From: Verrucomicrobiales bacterium
GTDB taxonomy: Bacteria; Verrucomicrobiota; Verrucomicrobiia; Verrucomicrobiales; SLCJ01
NCBI GenBank assembly: GCA_046075565.1
Contig: JBJTQJ010000025.1
Coordinates: forward strand, 1-64,000
DNA length: 64,000 nucleotides
Direction of reading: 5' to 3'
Below the pieces are notes generated by a model that ran no database searches, was not told where the DNA came from, and was given only the letters and a program-made list of their open reading frames with translations. The position numbers and the translations under genes were made by a program. This document shows, one piece after another, positions 17,898-27,698 of this stretch (the stretch's first letter is position 1; each line of letters opens with the position of its first letter).

Positions 17898-19472
17898 CTA
17901 TTTGTTCCTGTCATGGAGATACGGGGCGCGGTCAAAAGCATCATCAAGACGCGGATCCTTCTTTGCCTGCAGTTCGCCCGTTAGTTTCTCCCGAAGCTTT
18001 TTCAGCACCTCCTGATGTTCGGGAGAGGCCGCCAGATTTTTCATCTGCCAGGGATCCTTCTTCACCTCGTAGAGTTCTTCTTCCGGACGTTTGCCCCAGG
18101 CGAATTCGACGAACTTCTCCATACCCGCTTCGTTCTGATTCAGCACCAGCCAGGCCTTTGACGGCGACGCATCGATATCCGCAACTGCGGCATACGTGTT
18201 TTTCGCCAGTTCCTCGAAGGTCGGTATTTTTTTGCCCGCTTCGCCCGCTGGCGTGCCCAAGGGCCAGCGGTCGGTTTTGAAATTCCGGATGTAAAGAAAT
18301 TCATCCGTGCGCACGGCCCTTACCGGATACGGCAAACCCCCGGCCCGCACGACCTCGCCTCTGCGGCAGTGCACCTCGCGACCGATCAGCACCCAACCGC
18401 GCAGTTTCGTATCATCCCCACCCACGGCCAAGGCCGGCAACAAATTCTCGCCGTCCATGTCGTCCGCTCCCTTGACTCCTGCCGCCGCCAGAAAGGTTGG
18501 AGTAAGATCAATCAGGGATACCGGGACTTTCACATCCCTCTCGGCCGCGATTCCCTTGGGCCAGCGCATGGCCAGCAGGACTTCGGATCCGAGATCATGA
18601 ACGTTACACTTCCCGCGGGGAAAACCCGGCACCCCGTGATCTCCGGAAATGACCACGATGGTATTGTCCAATTCTCCCATTTCCTCCAGCATTTCCACCA
18701 GCACGCCGCAGGCCGCATCGAACGCCATCCCTTCGCCCAGATAATCCGCGAAATCCTCGCGCAAAACCGGCACATCGGGCATGACCGCCGGCAACTTTCC
18801 TTTCAAGTCATCCGGATTCAATCCCCACAACTCTTTGCCCGACCCGCGCACCCAAGGGCGATGAGTGTTGGTCGGGTGAAAGGCATAGAAAAACGGCTGG
18901 CCCTTCTTCCGCTTGGCCAGGAAGTCGCGGAAATTCTGTCTCACCTCCTCGTAAATCTTTTCCCTGGCCGCTGGCCGATCCTTGGCCACGGATACCACTT
19001 CCGAATACCCGCCCAGTTGGTTGCCGGGCCGGTTATAAAGATTTGCCTTTCCGCCCATCAGGCTTTCCCTCACATGCAGCTTGTAGGACAAACCGATGTG
19101 ATACCCGGCCTCCTGCAGGGTCACCGGCATTCCCTTGATCGCGTCGAAAGAATCGGGCTCGCCCTTCGGCCACGGATGGTGCAGCTGCGAATGCGAGCTA
19201 TTCCGGAAAAAGTGACGCCCGGTGAACAGGGACGCCCGCGAGGGAGTGCACGACGGTGCCGAAACATGCGCGGATTGGAACAACGCGCCTTCCCGGGCCA
19301 TCCGATCAAAGACCGGTGTTTTCACCACATCATTCGGCGAAGGAAGATCCGGATTCCGATAGGCCGAGCCGTATCGGCCCCAGTCATCGGCGAACATGAG
19401 CAGGATATTCGGGCGCTCATCGGCCAGAACCGGAAGAGCCAGCGCGGCCAGAAGAAGGGAAACAAGTTTCAT
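17898..19472 (-). CDS. Sulfatase (N-sulfoglucosamine sulfohydrolase-like)
   Basis: Signal peptide, RPNILLMFADD, CTPSR motif and SGDHG. Confidence 0.92.
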   Translation of the reverse strand: MKLVSLLLAALALPVLADERPNILLMFADDWGRYGSAYRNPDLPSPNDVVKTPVFDRMAREGALFQSAHVSAPSCTPSRASLFTGRHFFRNSSHSQLHHPWPKGEPDSFDAIKGMPVTLQEAGYHIGLSYKLHVRESLMGGKANLYNRPGNQLGGYSEVVSVAKDRPAAREKIYEEVRQNFRDFLAKRKKGQPFFYAFHPTNTHRPWVRGSGKELWGLNPDDLKGKLPAVMPDVPVLREDFADYLGEGMAFDAACGVLVEMLEEMGELDNTIVVISGDHGVPGFPRGKCNVHDLGSEVLLAMRWPKGIAAERDVKVPVSLIDLTPTFLAAAGVKGADDMDGENLLPALAVGGDDTKLRGWVLIGREVHCRRGEVVRAGGLPYPVRAVRTDEFLYIRNFKTDRWPLGTPAGEAGKKIPTFEELAKNTYAAVADIDASPSKAWLVLNQNEAGMEKFVEFAWGKRPEEELYEVKKDPWQMKNLAASPEHQEVLKKLREKLTGELQAKKDPRLDDAFDRAPYLHDRNK

Positions 19473-19647
19473 AACCGCACCATACGACACCATGCCTCCG
19501 GCAACTTCCATCAATTTGGGTGAGAAGCTGGCGGCGAGGGCTGTGGGTCAGCCTTTCGGATGAGCCCTCGTGCGAAACATAGATGCCGACTTCTCTTGGT
19601 TGGCTATGGTCTCATTTACGTTAGCCATCACACAGGTATTCCTCCCT

Positions 19648-19825
19648 ATCCCGAAGGGATTGTATCCCAGAGCCCTGGGTTGCCCCGTTTGCGGGGCTAC
19701 CCAGGGAGTCCCAGGCCAAATATCATCAACCCTGCAAGGGTTGTTCTTTGGAGGGGTTGGTTATCCCCGGGGTCGCCCCGCAAGCGGGGCAACCCCGGGC
19801 TTTGGGTCGGAACCCCGTTGGGGTT
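19648..19825. repeat. Inverted pair of REP-like multi-hairpin units (REPIN/MITE-like)
   Basis: atcccgaagggat...agccctgggttgccccgtttgcggggctacccaggg is mirrored by ccccggggtcgccccgcaagcggggcaaccccgggct...aaccccgttggggtt. Confidence 0.8.
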
Positions 19826-19931
19826 CGGTCATGCTTGCCTCGGTTCAATCAAACGCACAGAGAGAAAACGCAGAGCAAGAAATTAGAGTTCCACCCGAAT
19901 TCCAGAAGAGCCGAATTCTGGAGTAAAAAGA

Positions 19932-20145
19932 ATCCAAATCAAAATCGGGATCGCCATCGAAATCGATCAAGATGTCTTGGTTGCGGGCCGGGCTTCGGAA
20001 GAGAGAGAAAGCCGGGAGCGGAAGATTGAATGGGACCTGATGGCGGCGATGTTGCGCCGCCTTGGAAAATCGTGGCGATTCTATGCAGGAAGATTCCCCG
20101 GCTTACCGGACCGATTTCGATAGCGATAGCCATTTCGGTCCCGAT
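19932..20145. repeat. Inverted-repeat element with 6-nt periodic arms
   Basis: atccaa-atcaaa-atcggg-atcgcc-atcgaa-atcg pairs imperfectly with cgatttcgatagcgatagccatttcggtcccgat (20112-20145). Confidence 0.7.
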
Positions 20146-20373
20146 GAAAAAGAGTCCTAGGTTCTAGCGCGAAGCGCAACAGAATTGGGTTCAATAGAAA
20201 GATTCTTCCGATCTCCTTCGCCTTGAAGTCACGGGCCTGACCCTACGTCACCTGAAGCGCTATGAAAGGCAAGCCGCTGACGAGAATCCCGACCCTCTGG
20301 AGTCTCAGTTGGCTTGCCAGTCTTAGGATACGAGGAACGAGCGAGTGAGCACCTCCACGACAGAAACTCGGCC

Positions 20374-20408
20374 AAAAAAATTCCCCGCGACGGAAGTCAC
20401 GGGGAATT
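20374..20408 (-). terminator. Rho-independent terminator of lptD
   Basis: Minus strand aattccccgtgac-ttcc-gtcgcggggaa followed by a T7 tract. Confidence 0.85.
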
Positions 20409-20441
20409 CTCGGGTGTGGGGAATGGATGAGCGTGACCCGG

Positions 20442-22997
20442 TTAGTTGCCGGCGGCCCCTTGTGGGTCGAGGTTCAAGGGCAAAGCGACTTGCGGGAATT
20501 CCTTCAGCGTCATGGTGAAGACGAGGCCAAATTCGTCTTCGCCGCGGTTGTCGCGCATGATGGCTCCGAACGCGGCGGTCCAGGAGACGAGGTCGCGGTG
20601 GATGCTGTATTGTTGGGTCTCGAGCACGCTGTCGTCGAGCTCCCAGCGTTGGTAGGCGGAGAAGCCCCACTCGTCGGCAAGACGATAGAAGAGTTGGAAG
20701 TCCACCTGATTCGACTCGGGCAGGAAGGGGTGACTAGTGAGCAGGCGGTTGCCAACGGAGAGCTCGAGGCTGGAGGTCGGCATCCAGGTCACATAGGTGT
20801 TGGTTTCATTGAACCCTTCTTCCTCGCCCATGACGTCGAACTGGGTTTCGAGGCCGAGGCGCAGCCAGGGCAGCGGCGACCAGGTGGTTTCCCAGTAGAG
20901 GTTGGAGAAGTCGCGGTCGAACTCCGGATCTTCGAGGTAGGTGTCCATGTAGGTGTTCATGGCCAACCACTCGTGCGTCTGCCCGTCGCGTTTGGTGTGC
21001 CAGCGGTTGAATACCCCGAGGCGAACGAGGTTCCAGTTGTCGATGGTGTCGATGGCGGTATAACGCGACAGATCGATGGGACGCGGGCGGGTGGTCGGGG
21101 TGAGGCGGTCGATGCCGGGGAACTGCTCGTCCAGTTCGTCGCCTTGAACGATGCTGTAGCGGAAGTAGGGCTGGACGATGTGGCGGAGGCCGTCGAGACC
21201 GAGGGCGCGGCTGTAAACGCCATCGTATTCCTTGCTGAACTTGATCGAGCCATCAATGCCGCCGTGGAAGAGGGCGCGATCCGAGTCTTCGTTGAAGGCG
21301 CCGCTCACATCGCTGTAGCTGGTGAAGCGCAATCCGGCGCGTGGCACGAGGCTAACGGGTCCGAGTTGGGTCGGATACGCGACCTGATGGTAGGTGTCGA
21401 AGCGGGTGAATCCGCGTTCGGCCAATCCGAATTCGAGTTGGTCGAGCAGGGCGCGGGTTTCCACCGGATCAAACTCCGGATTGAGGGTGCCGAGTTCATC
21501 GCCGGCATCGAAGGTGGCGAGGTCCTGCTGCAAGGACTTCACGCGCTCGCCTTGTTTCGACGAAAATTGGTCGGGCACTTTCTCTTCGAGAATGCCGAGG
21601 GAAGTGGATCCTTCGTAGAAGAAATTGGAGCCGAGAATCGGCGTGCGCACGACATCAAAGGCCAGCTCCGGCAAGCGGGTGTCGCTCTGGAAGAAGTCGT
21701 TGACGCGGAACCGGCCCATGAGGCTGGCCGACCAATACGGGTTGGTCTTGATCAGGCTGAGCTGGTTATCCGGTTGCGGGTCGACACGGAATTCCGAGGG
21801 AAAGAAGTCTTCAAGGAAGAATTCGTCGCTGAGCACGGTGAAGTCGGCATCGACATAGAATGTGTCGTCCACAGGCACGTTGCTGCGTCTCTTGGACTTG
21901 CGGCCGGTTTCCTGATCCACGGCCACGCTGTCGTCGTATCCGCGCAGGTAGAGGCGGTGTTGCAAGCTGGCGCGATAACGGTTTGAATCCGGCGGATCGA
22001 GTCTCTCCCGGCTGTTGCGCGAGAGGGCGGGGTCGAGGTCGTTGGCGAAGTAGAGCGACAGTTTGCCGAAATTGGAATCGCCTCCATAACGGGTGGAACG
22101 GAAATCAACACCACCGGCGACACCACGCTCGGAGCGAAGATCGAGGTGGAAGGTGGCGAGCGTGTGGCCATCATCGCCCAGCAAGGTGCCGTAACGGTTG
22201 AGCAGGTAAGCGCCCCAGACGGAATCATAACCGGGCGAGAAGCTATAGCCAAGTTCGTCGTCCATCGGTTGGCTGAGATAAGGCAACCAGAACACGGGCG
22301 TGCCACCGGCATAGACCCTCATGTTGCGGAAGACCATACGATCTTCCGGGTAGATATCGAGTTTGCGCGACTGCACTTGCCAGTTCGGGTGGCTCGAATC
22401 GTGGGTGGTGAGCATGCTGCCGCTGGTTTCGATCAAGGATGGCAAGTCTTCGCCACCGAGACCGCTCGCCAGCTCTTGGGTTTGGAAATAGATTTCCTTG
22501 TCGCCCGCGAGGAGCGAGCTGCGCAGATTGTCGGAGGAGATGGCTTCACTCTTGATGTTATACACGGCGGAGCTGCCTTTGTAGAGCATGGCATTACGGA
22601 AAATGGAAACATCGCCGCGAACCGTGATGTCGCCGGTGGAACGGTTGAACTCCGCGCCATCGCCGAGAATTTCCACGCCGCGGTATTTGATATTCACCCC
22701 GCCTCTGTAGCGGAAAATGCCCTTCTGGAAATCAACCACCTCGGCGCCGCCGGTGCTGCTGATGTTCACGTCGCCGGCGAGTTTGTTGAGGAGTTGATCC
22801 GTTTCCCCGAAACCGCCACCTTCAAGCGCGGGTGCACCGGTGTCTGGAACAATGGTTGCGGGCGGCAACTCGGCTCCGACAGGAGGCGCCTCGGGTGGTG
22901 GCACGGCGGCATTGTCAACAGCGGGAGCGGCCTCCTGTCCAAACGCCAAACGGGCGCTGGTTAGCAAGAGGGCGGTGAGTCGAAGTCGGATCTTCAT
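20442..22997 (-). CDS. lptD: LPS assembly outer-membrane protein LptD
   Basis: Signal peptide, OstA-like N-domain, PVFWLPY and beta-barrel-type C-terminal region; 851 aa. Confidence 0.85.
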   Translation of the reverse strand: MKIRLRLTALLLTSARLAFGQEAAPAVDNAAVPPPEAPPVGAELPPATIVPDTGAPALEGGGFGETDQLLNKLAGDVNISSTGGAEVVDFQKGIFRYRGGVNIKYRGVEILGDGAEFNRSTGDITVRGDVSIFRNAMLYKGSSAVYNIKSEAISSDNLRSSLLAGDKEIYFQTQELASGLGGEDLPSLIETSGSMLTTHDSSHPNWQVQSRKLDIYPEDRMVFRNMRVYAGGTPVFWLPYLSQPMDDELGYSFSPGYDSVWGAYLLNRYGTLLGDDGHTLATFHLDLRSERGVAGGVDFRSTRYGGDSNFGKLSLYFANDLDPALSRNSRERLDPPDSNRYRASLQHRLYLRGYDDSVAVDQETGRKSKRRSNVPVDDTFYVDADFTVLSDEFFLEDFFPSEFRVDPQPDNQLSLIKTNPYWSASLMGRFRVNDFFQSDTRLPELAFDVVRTPILGSNFFYEGSTSLGILEEKVPDQFSSKQGERVKSLQQDLATFDAGDELGTLNPEFDPVETRALLDQLEFGLAERGFTRFDTYHQVAYPTQLGPVSLVPRAGLRFTSYSDVSGAFNEDSDRALFHGGIDGSIKFSKEYDGVYSRALGLDGLRHIVQPYFRYSIVQGDELDEQFPGIDRLTPTTRPRPIDLSRYTAIDTIDNWNLVRLGVFNRWHTKRDGQTHEWLAMNTYMDTYLEDPEFDRDFSNLYWETTWSPLPWLRLGLETQFDVMGEEEGFNETNTYVTWMPTSSLELSVGNRLLTSHPFLPESNQVDFQLFYRLADEWGFSAYQRWELDDSVLETQQYSIHRDLVSWTAAFGAIMRDNRGEDEFGLVFTMTLKEFPQVALPLNLDPQGAAGN

Positions 22998-23106
22998 CGG
23001 GCTTTGGGGCGAGATTTGAGAATTCCAGTAGAGTGAACCGGATCCCGGCGGTTTCGCAAGGCAAATCCGCCGCAGAAAGAAAAAGATTTTGTCCCAGGAA
23101 CACTTT

Positions 23107-24027
23107 CTATTTTACGCCGTCGGGGGGAGATGCCCAGCGGAACCCGCCCGAGGCCGCGAGAATGGCGGCGACGGCCTTGTTTTCCACCTGCCGCCCCGGG
23201 GTGATGGCATGGTAGCTTTCCCGGACCTCGTCCGTCGTCCCAATGACCTCCAGTCCGTGGCGGCGCTTCGTTTCCTCGACGACGAGGCTGGGCACCGGCA
23301 GCCAGCCCGCGCCGTTGGCCGCGAAGACCTTCATGAGCGCGGGGTCGTCAAACTCCGCCACCACAAGCGGATCCACTCCCTGGGCGGCCAGCCAATCATC
23401 AAGCCGACGGCGCACGGGGGCGACGGTTCCCGGCAATAGGGCGGGCGCTCCATGTAAGGAACCGGGAAAGCGCTCGCGGTAGCGGCCGGCAGCGGATCGC
23501 GCCGCCATGAAGGTCGTGCCGCAGGAGCCGAGGAAGTGGTTGAAGAGGGTCGAGCCACTACCCGAGGGAGCGGGGTCGTTGGCCAGAATCAGGTCGATCC
23601 GCCCCGCCTGGAGCAACCCTAGCAAATCCTCCATCAAACCCTCGCGCACGGTCAGGCGCGGAGCCGGTTGCAAGTGCAGCACCGGTTTGAGCAGGGCATG
23701 GGCCACGGATTTCGGGAGCACATCGGTGATTCCGACGGGAAACCTTTCCCGCAAGCCCAGGCCCTCACCCTTGGCCGTCTTCACCAAATCCTGACCGAGG
23801 GCAAAAATCTTTTCCGCGAGCGCAAACGTGCTTCGACCGGCCTCCGTGAGCGCCAGCCCCCGGCCCTCGCGCCGGAAAAGCGGTGAACCGAGCGAGTCCT
23901 CCAGTTGTTTGATCTGGGCGCTCATGGAAGACTGGGAAACCCGCAGGATCTCCGAAGCCCGGCGCAGGCTCCCCTCGCGGGCCACAGCCCAGAAGTAACG
24001 CAAATGGTGGTAGTTCAGCGTGTCCAT
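23107..24027 (-). CDS. LysR-family regulator, NhaR-like
   Basis: LNYHHLRYFWAVAREGS HTH, VGITDVLPK and EFDDPALMKVF. Confidence 0.92.
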   Translation of the reverse strand: MDTLNYHHLRYFWAVAREGSLRRASEILRVSQSSMSAQIKQLEDSLGSPLFRREGRGLALTEAGRSTFALAEKIFALGQDLVKTAKGEGLGLRERFPVGITDVLPKSVAHALLKPVLHLQPAPRLTVREGLMEDLLGLLQAGRIDLILANDPAPSGSGSTLFNHFLGSCGTTFMAARSAAGRYRERFPGSLHGAPALLPGTVAPVRRRLDDWLAAQGVDPLVVAEFDDPALMKVFAANGAGWLPVPSLVVEETKRRHGLEVIGTTDEVRESYHAITPGRQVENKAVAAILAASGGFRWASPPDGVK

Positions 24028-24038
24028 GATTCCCACTA

Positions 24039-24059
24039 TTCTTCCATAAAACCGAAGAA
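24039..24059. promoter_or_regulatory. Probable LysR binding site between divergent genes
   Basis: TTCTTC-N9-GAAGAA inverted repeat containing T-N11-A, in an AT-rich spacer. Confidence 0.55.
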
Positions 24060-24167
24060 TAAAAGTTAAAAGAAGTCATAGTCGAAGATTTACCTTCGTG
24101 GTCAAATACGCTCTCGACGGGATCCCCGTCGGTCGAACACACAACAACCCTACAAAGCAGTAACGTT

Positions 24168-24512
24168 ATGAACCTGAATATCACCTACTCCGGATGTTTC
24201 CGCCTGGCTTCCCGCGAATCGGCCATTGGCAAGGCCCTGGAACCTTTTCGCGAAATGGTCCGTATCGATCAGGCCAAAGTCCGGGTCGAGCGACTTGACG
24301 AAAGCGAATACCCATTCAGGGTCAATGCCACCCTCGTGACCCCCGGGCCGGATCTCGTGGCCGAGGGGCGCGACTACACATTCGAAGCCGCCCTCGGAAA
24401 ACTCCGCCAGGCTTTGAATCGCATCGTCCGCCATCGCCGTGAAAAACGCGCCCGCCGCCGAACCGGCAAGGACGCGGCCGCGCGGGGTGTGCAGGCCCGA
24501 TTCCGAGGCTGA
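24168..24512 (+). CDS. HPF/RaiA-family ribosome-associated protein
   Basis: beta-alpha-beta-beta-beta-alpha pattern (LVTPGPDLVAEGRD...AAL) and a basic tail. Confidence 0.7.
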   Translation: MNLNITYSGCFRLASRESAIGKALEPFREMVRIDQAKVRVERLDESEYPFRVNATLVTPGPDLVAEGRDYTFEAALGKLRQALNRIVRHRREKRARRRTGKDAAARGVQARFRG

Positions 24513-24548
24513 GCCAAAGAGCCCGCGACTTTCCTCCAAAAATCCCCG

Positions 24549-24594
24549 CCGTCCGTCCGACCACCCCCCCACAGGTCGGGCGGACGGTTTTTTT
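24549..24594 (+). terminator. Rho-independent terminator
   Basis: ccgtccgtccgacc ... ggtcgggcggacgg followed by T7. Confidence 0.85.
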
Positions 24595-24681
24595 CGGGCA
24601 AATTGTTTGCCGCCGAGTTTCCTCGATTCCCCACCTTCCACTTGCGCGGAAGCGGCGGGCGGACGATCCGTTCCGCCGGCC

Positions 24682-26100
24682 ATGCGACTTTTCGACACCC
24701 GCGCCCGCGAGATACGCCCGCTCAAACCGATCGACGGCCAGCATTACCGTTTCTATTGCTGCGGTCCCACGGTCTATGGTCCGGCCCACATCGGGAATTT
24801 CCGCACCTTTGTCTTGCAGGATGTCTTCCGGCGCGTGCTCGAACTCTCCGGCCAACCGACCAAACATGTGCGGAATATCACGGACGTGGACGACAAGACG
24901 ATCCGCGACTCGCAGAAGGCCGGGCAAACCCTGGCGGAATTTACCGCCGGATGGACGGCGCGTTTCCATGCCGACTGCTCGGCCCTCGGTTGCCTTCCCC
25001 CGCACCTCGAACCGGCGGCCGCCGCCCACATTCCGCATCAGATCGCCATGATCGAGTCGCTGCTGGAAAAAGGCCATGCCTATGCGGGCGCGGATGGTTC
25101 GGTCTATTTCCGCATTGCCTCCTTCCCCGAATACGGGCGCCTCTCTCACCTCGACCAGCGGGATCTCGATCTGGGAAAAACCCAGAACACCCGCGCCAAT
25201 GCCGACGAATACGAAAAGGACAGCATCGCCGACTTCGCCCTCTGGAAAGCACGTAAACCGGAAGATGGTGAAAACTTCTGGCCAAGCCCGTGGGGAGACG
25301 GTCGTCCGGGCTGGCACCTCGAATGTTCGGCCATGATCCTCGAATACCTCGGCACGGACTTTGATCTGCATTCCGGTGGCGTGGATTTGGTTTTCCCGCA
25401 CCATGAAAACGAAATCGCGCAGAGCCGCTGCGCCTGCGGCGGGCATTTTGCATCCCATTGGTTCCACATCACCCATTTGTTGGTCGATGGCGGCAAGATG
25501 TCGAAGAGCCTCGGCAATCTCTACACGCTCGACGACCTCGCGGCCCGCGGGCATACGCCCATGGAAACGCGTTACGTGCTCATCGGCGCGCATTACCGGC
25601 GCCCGCTGAATTTTACCCTCGATTCGCTCAAGGATGCACGCGCGGCGCTGGCGCGGCTCGCCCGATTCGGGCAAGCCCTTGCCACTGCCGCCGGAAAAAA
25701 TACACCGCCTTGTTATGAAGAATTGACCGCCGGTTCCGAAGAAGGTTCCTTCGGTGCCGCGTGGGCAAGCTTGCGTGATGACCTCAACACGCCCGAAGCA
25801 CTCGGTCATGTTTTCAGCGCGATGAAGTCCTTGCGTCCCTCCGAGATGGACGCGCCATCCGCCGCGCGCGAATGGCTGGCGTTCCATCGATTGATCGCCG
25901 CGTTCGGTCTCACGTTGCCGAGCCCGGAAGAAGATTCCGCCAATGACATCCCGTCTGAAATTGCCGCGCTTGCCGAAGAACGCTGGCAAGCACGCGTGGC
26001 CAAGGACTGGGCGAAATCCGATGTCCTCCGTCAACAACTCGCCGAACAAGGCTGGGTGGTGAAGGACGGCAAGGAAGGCTACCAGCTCACACGGGGTTGA
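24682..26100 (+). CDS. cysS: Cysteine--tRNA ligase
   Basis: CGPTVY, HIGN, GRPGWHLECSAM, FPHHENE and KMSKS. Confidence 0.98.
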   Translation: MRLFDTRAREIRPLKPIDGQHYRFYCCGPTVYGPAHIGNFRTFVLQDVFRRVLELSGQPTKHVRNITDVDDKTIRDSQKAGQTLAEFTAGWTARFHADCSALGCLPPHLEPAAAAHIPHQIAMIESLLEKGHAYAGADGSVYFRIASFPEYGRLSHLDQRDLDLGKTQNTRANADEYEKDSIADFALWKARKPEDGENFWPSPWGDGRPGWHLECSAMILEYLGTDFDLHSGGVDLVFPHHENEIAQSRCACGGHFASHWFHITHLLVDGGKMSKSLGNLYTLDDLAARGHTPMETRYVLIGAHYRRPLNFTLDSLKDARAALARLARFGQALATAAGKNTPPCYEELTAGSEEGSFGAAWASLRDDLNTPEALGHVFSAMKSLRPSEMDAPSAAREWLAFHRLIAAFGLTLPSPEEDSANDIPSEIAALAEERWQARVAKDWAKSDVLRQQLAEQGWVVKDGKEGYQLTRG

Positions 26101-26173
26101 TGCACCAACATCACGGCTATCTCTATGGCACCGGGTCCAATGAGTGCATATAGGTTTTGAGGTAAGACCGGGA

Positions 26174-26269
26174 CCCCGACATCGTCGGGGCTACGATTCC
26201 GGTGGATGCCCGCGGGAGAGTTCCCCTTGATCTGCCATGTCATTCGTAGCAAGAGCGTCTCGCTCTTGC
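26174..26269. repeat. Two GTAG-type REP-like hairpins
   Basis: Minus strand GTAG-ccccgac-gat-gtcgggg (26174-26194); plus strand GTAGcaagagcg-tct-cgctcttgc (26246-26269). Confidence 0.65.
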
Positions 26270-26309
26270 CCCAAACAAACTGGGCGAAGAGAGGCGTGCA
26301 GTATTTGCA

Positions 26310-27167
26310 CTAACCCGCGAAAGGAAAAACCGGCAGTCCGGGAGCCGGCATGTTTTCGACAAGAAAAAGTCGTCCGCCCAGCGGCTCTTGGATCTTGGCG
26401 TGGATACCCGTCGTGATGTAGAGGTGGCGGAGGCCGGGCCCACCGAAGGCGACGGATGTGGTCTCGAGAGCGGGCACGGGAATGCGGGCGAGTTCACGTC
26501 CGTCCTTGGGATCGATGCGGATCACACATCCGCCATGGCAGAAGGCAATCCAAAGTTTGCCTTCGGCATCGGCCGCCATGCCATCGGGCGAGGCATCGCA
26601 GAGCGCATCAGTCGAGAAAGCAACACGCGGGTTCAAGAGCGCTCCGGTTTCGGACTCGTAGTCGAAGGCAAGCACTCTACGCGTGGGAGTGTCGATGTAA
26701 TGCAAGGTCGCGCCATCGGGCGACCAGGCGAGGCCATTGGAATTGGTAACCGGTCCGTAGGCGGTGGCGAGGGAAAGATCCGCGTCGAGGCGGTAAAGCT
26801 TCGCGTCGCCGGTGATCTTGGCGAGGGAAATCGTGCCCGCGAACAATCGCCCGTCGGGTGCACATTTTCCATCGTTGAAGCGATTGTTCGGTTTGTCGGA
26901 TTCGGGATGAGCAATGGCTTCGGTGGCTCCACTCACCGAATCAAAAAAGAAGAGACCATCATCTCCACCCGCAATGAATCCGCCGTTGCGGCGAGGCACG
27001 ACAAATCCGATACGACGGCCGAGATTCCAGACGGTTTCATGCTCGCCATTGGGATCATGGGCGACGATGGCGTGGCCTTCGATATCAACATGGAAGAGGC
27101 GATCGTGGTGCCAGACCGGACCTTCGCCCCAGCGGGAAACGCGTTGGCCAACAGGCTCGGCGATCAT
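26310..27167 (-). CDS. SMP-30/gluconolactonase family protein
   Basis: GEGPVW, RFNDGK, SNGLAWSPDG and PDGM. Confidence 0.93.
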   Translation of the reverse strand: MIAEPVGQRVSRWGEGPVWHHDRLFHVDIEGHAIVAHDPNGEHETVWNLGRRIGFVVPRRNGGFIAGGDDGLFFFDSVSGATEAIAHPESDKPNNRFNDGKCAPDGRLFAGTISLAKITGDAKLYRLDADLSLATAYGPVTNSNGLAWSPDGATLHYIDTPTRRVLAFDYESETGALLNPRVAFSTDALCDASPDGMAADAEGKLWIAFCHGGCVIRIDPKDGRELARIPVPALETTSVAFGGPGLRHLYITTGIHAKIQEPLGGRLFLVENMPAPGLPVFPFAG

Positions 27168-27622
27168 GCGACTTCGACGATGAGATTGATCTCCACGGCC
27201 ACGTCGAACGGCAGCGAGGGCACGCCGACCGCGGTGCGGGTGTGTTTTCCAACCTCCCCGAAGATTTCGACGAGCAGCTCGGAGGCGCCATTGAGCACTT
27301 GCGGATGCTGGTCGAACTCGGGTGTGGAATTGACGAATCCGTTTACCGTGACAATGCGGGTGATGCGGTCGAGGTCACCGAGTTCGCCCTGCAGGACGGC
27401 AATGCGATTGAGGATACACATGCGCGCGGCTTCCTTGGCGGTGGCGATGTCCACGGTGCCGCCGACCTTCCCGGTGATGCGTTTGTCGCCGAGAATCGGC
27501 AGCCCGCCGGAAACGAAGAGCAGGTTGCCGGTGCGCACGCAGTTCACGTAGGCGGCGACCGGGGCGGGGGCGGGCGGGAGTTCGAGTTGGAGTTCGTGGA
27601 GTCTCTGGGCGATGCGGCTCAT
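27164..27622 (-). CDS. RidA/YjgF family protein
   Basis: LLFVSGGLP, NGASELL, HTRTAVG and VEI. Confidence 0.92.
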   Translation of the reverse strand: MSRIAQRLHELQLELPPAPAPVAAYVNCVRTGNLLFVSGGLPILGDKRITGKVGGTVDIATAKEAARMCILNRIAVLQGELGDLDRITRIVTVNGFVNSTPEFDQHPQVLNGASELLVEIFGEVGKHTRTAVGVPSLPFDVAVEINLIVEVA

Positions 27623-27698
27623 GGGGAAAATTGGCGGCTTCCGGGTCGAATCGCAACTTGTTGTCGCGGTAAATCCGCCCATCTTTACTGGTTCCGCC

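Noticed and set aside
19601-19627. GTTAGCC as a possible attC right end
   Set aside because: Only a short tggcta/tagcca hairpin; no R''/L-box geometry and no cassette gene follows.
19560-20133. Small ORFs in the sulfatase-lptD gap
   Set aside because: They are translations of palindromic or periodic repeats (e.g. NRDRHRNR, IAIEI).
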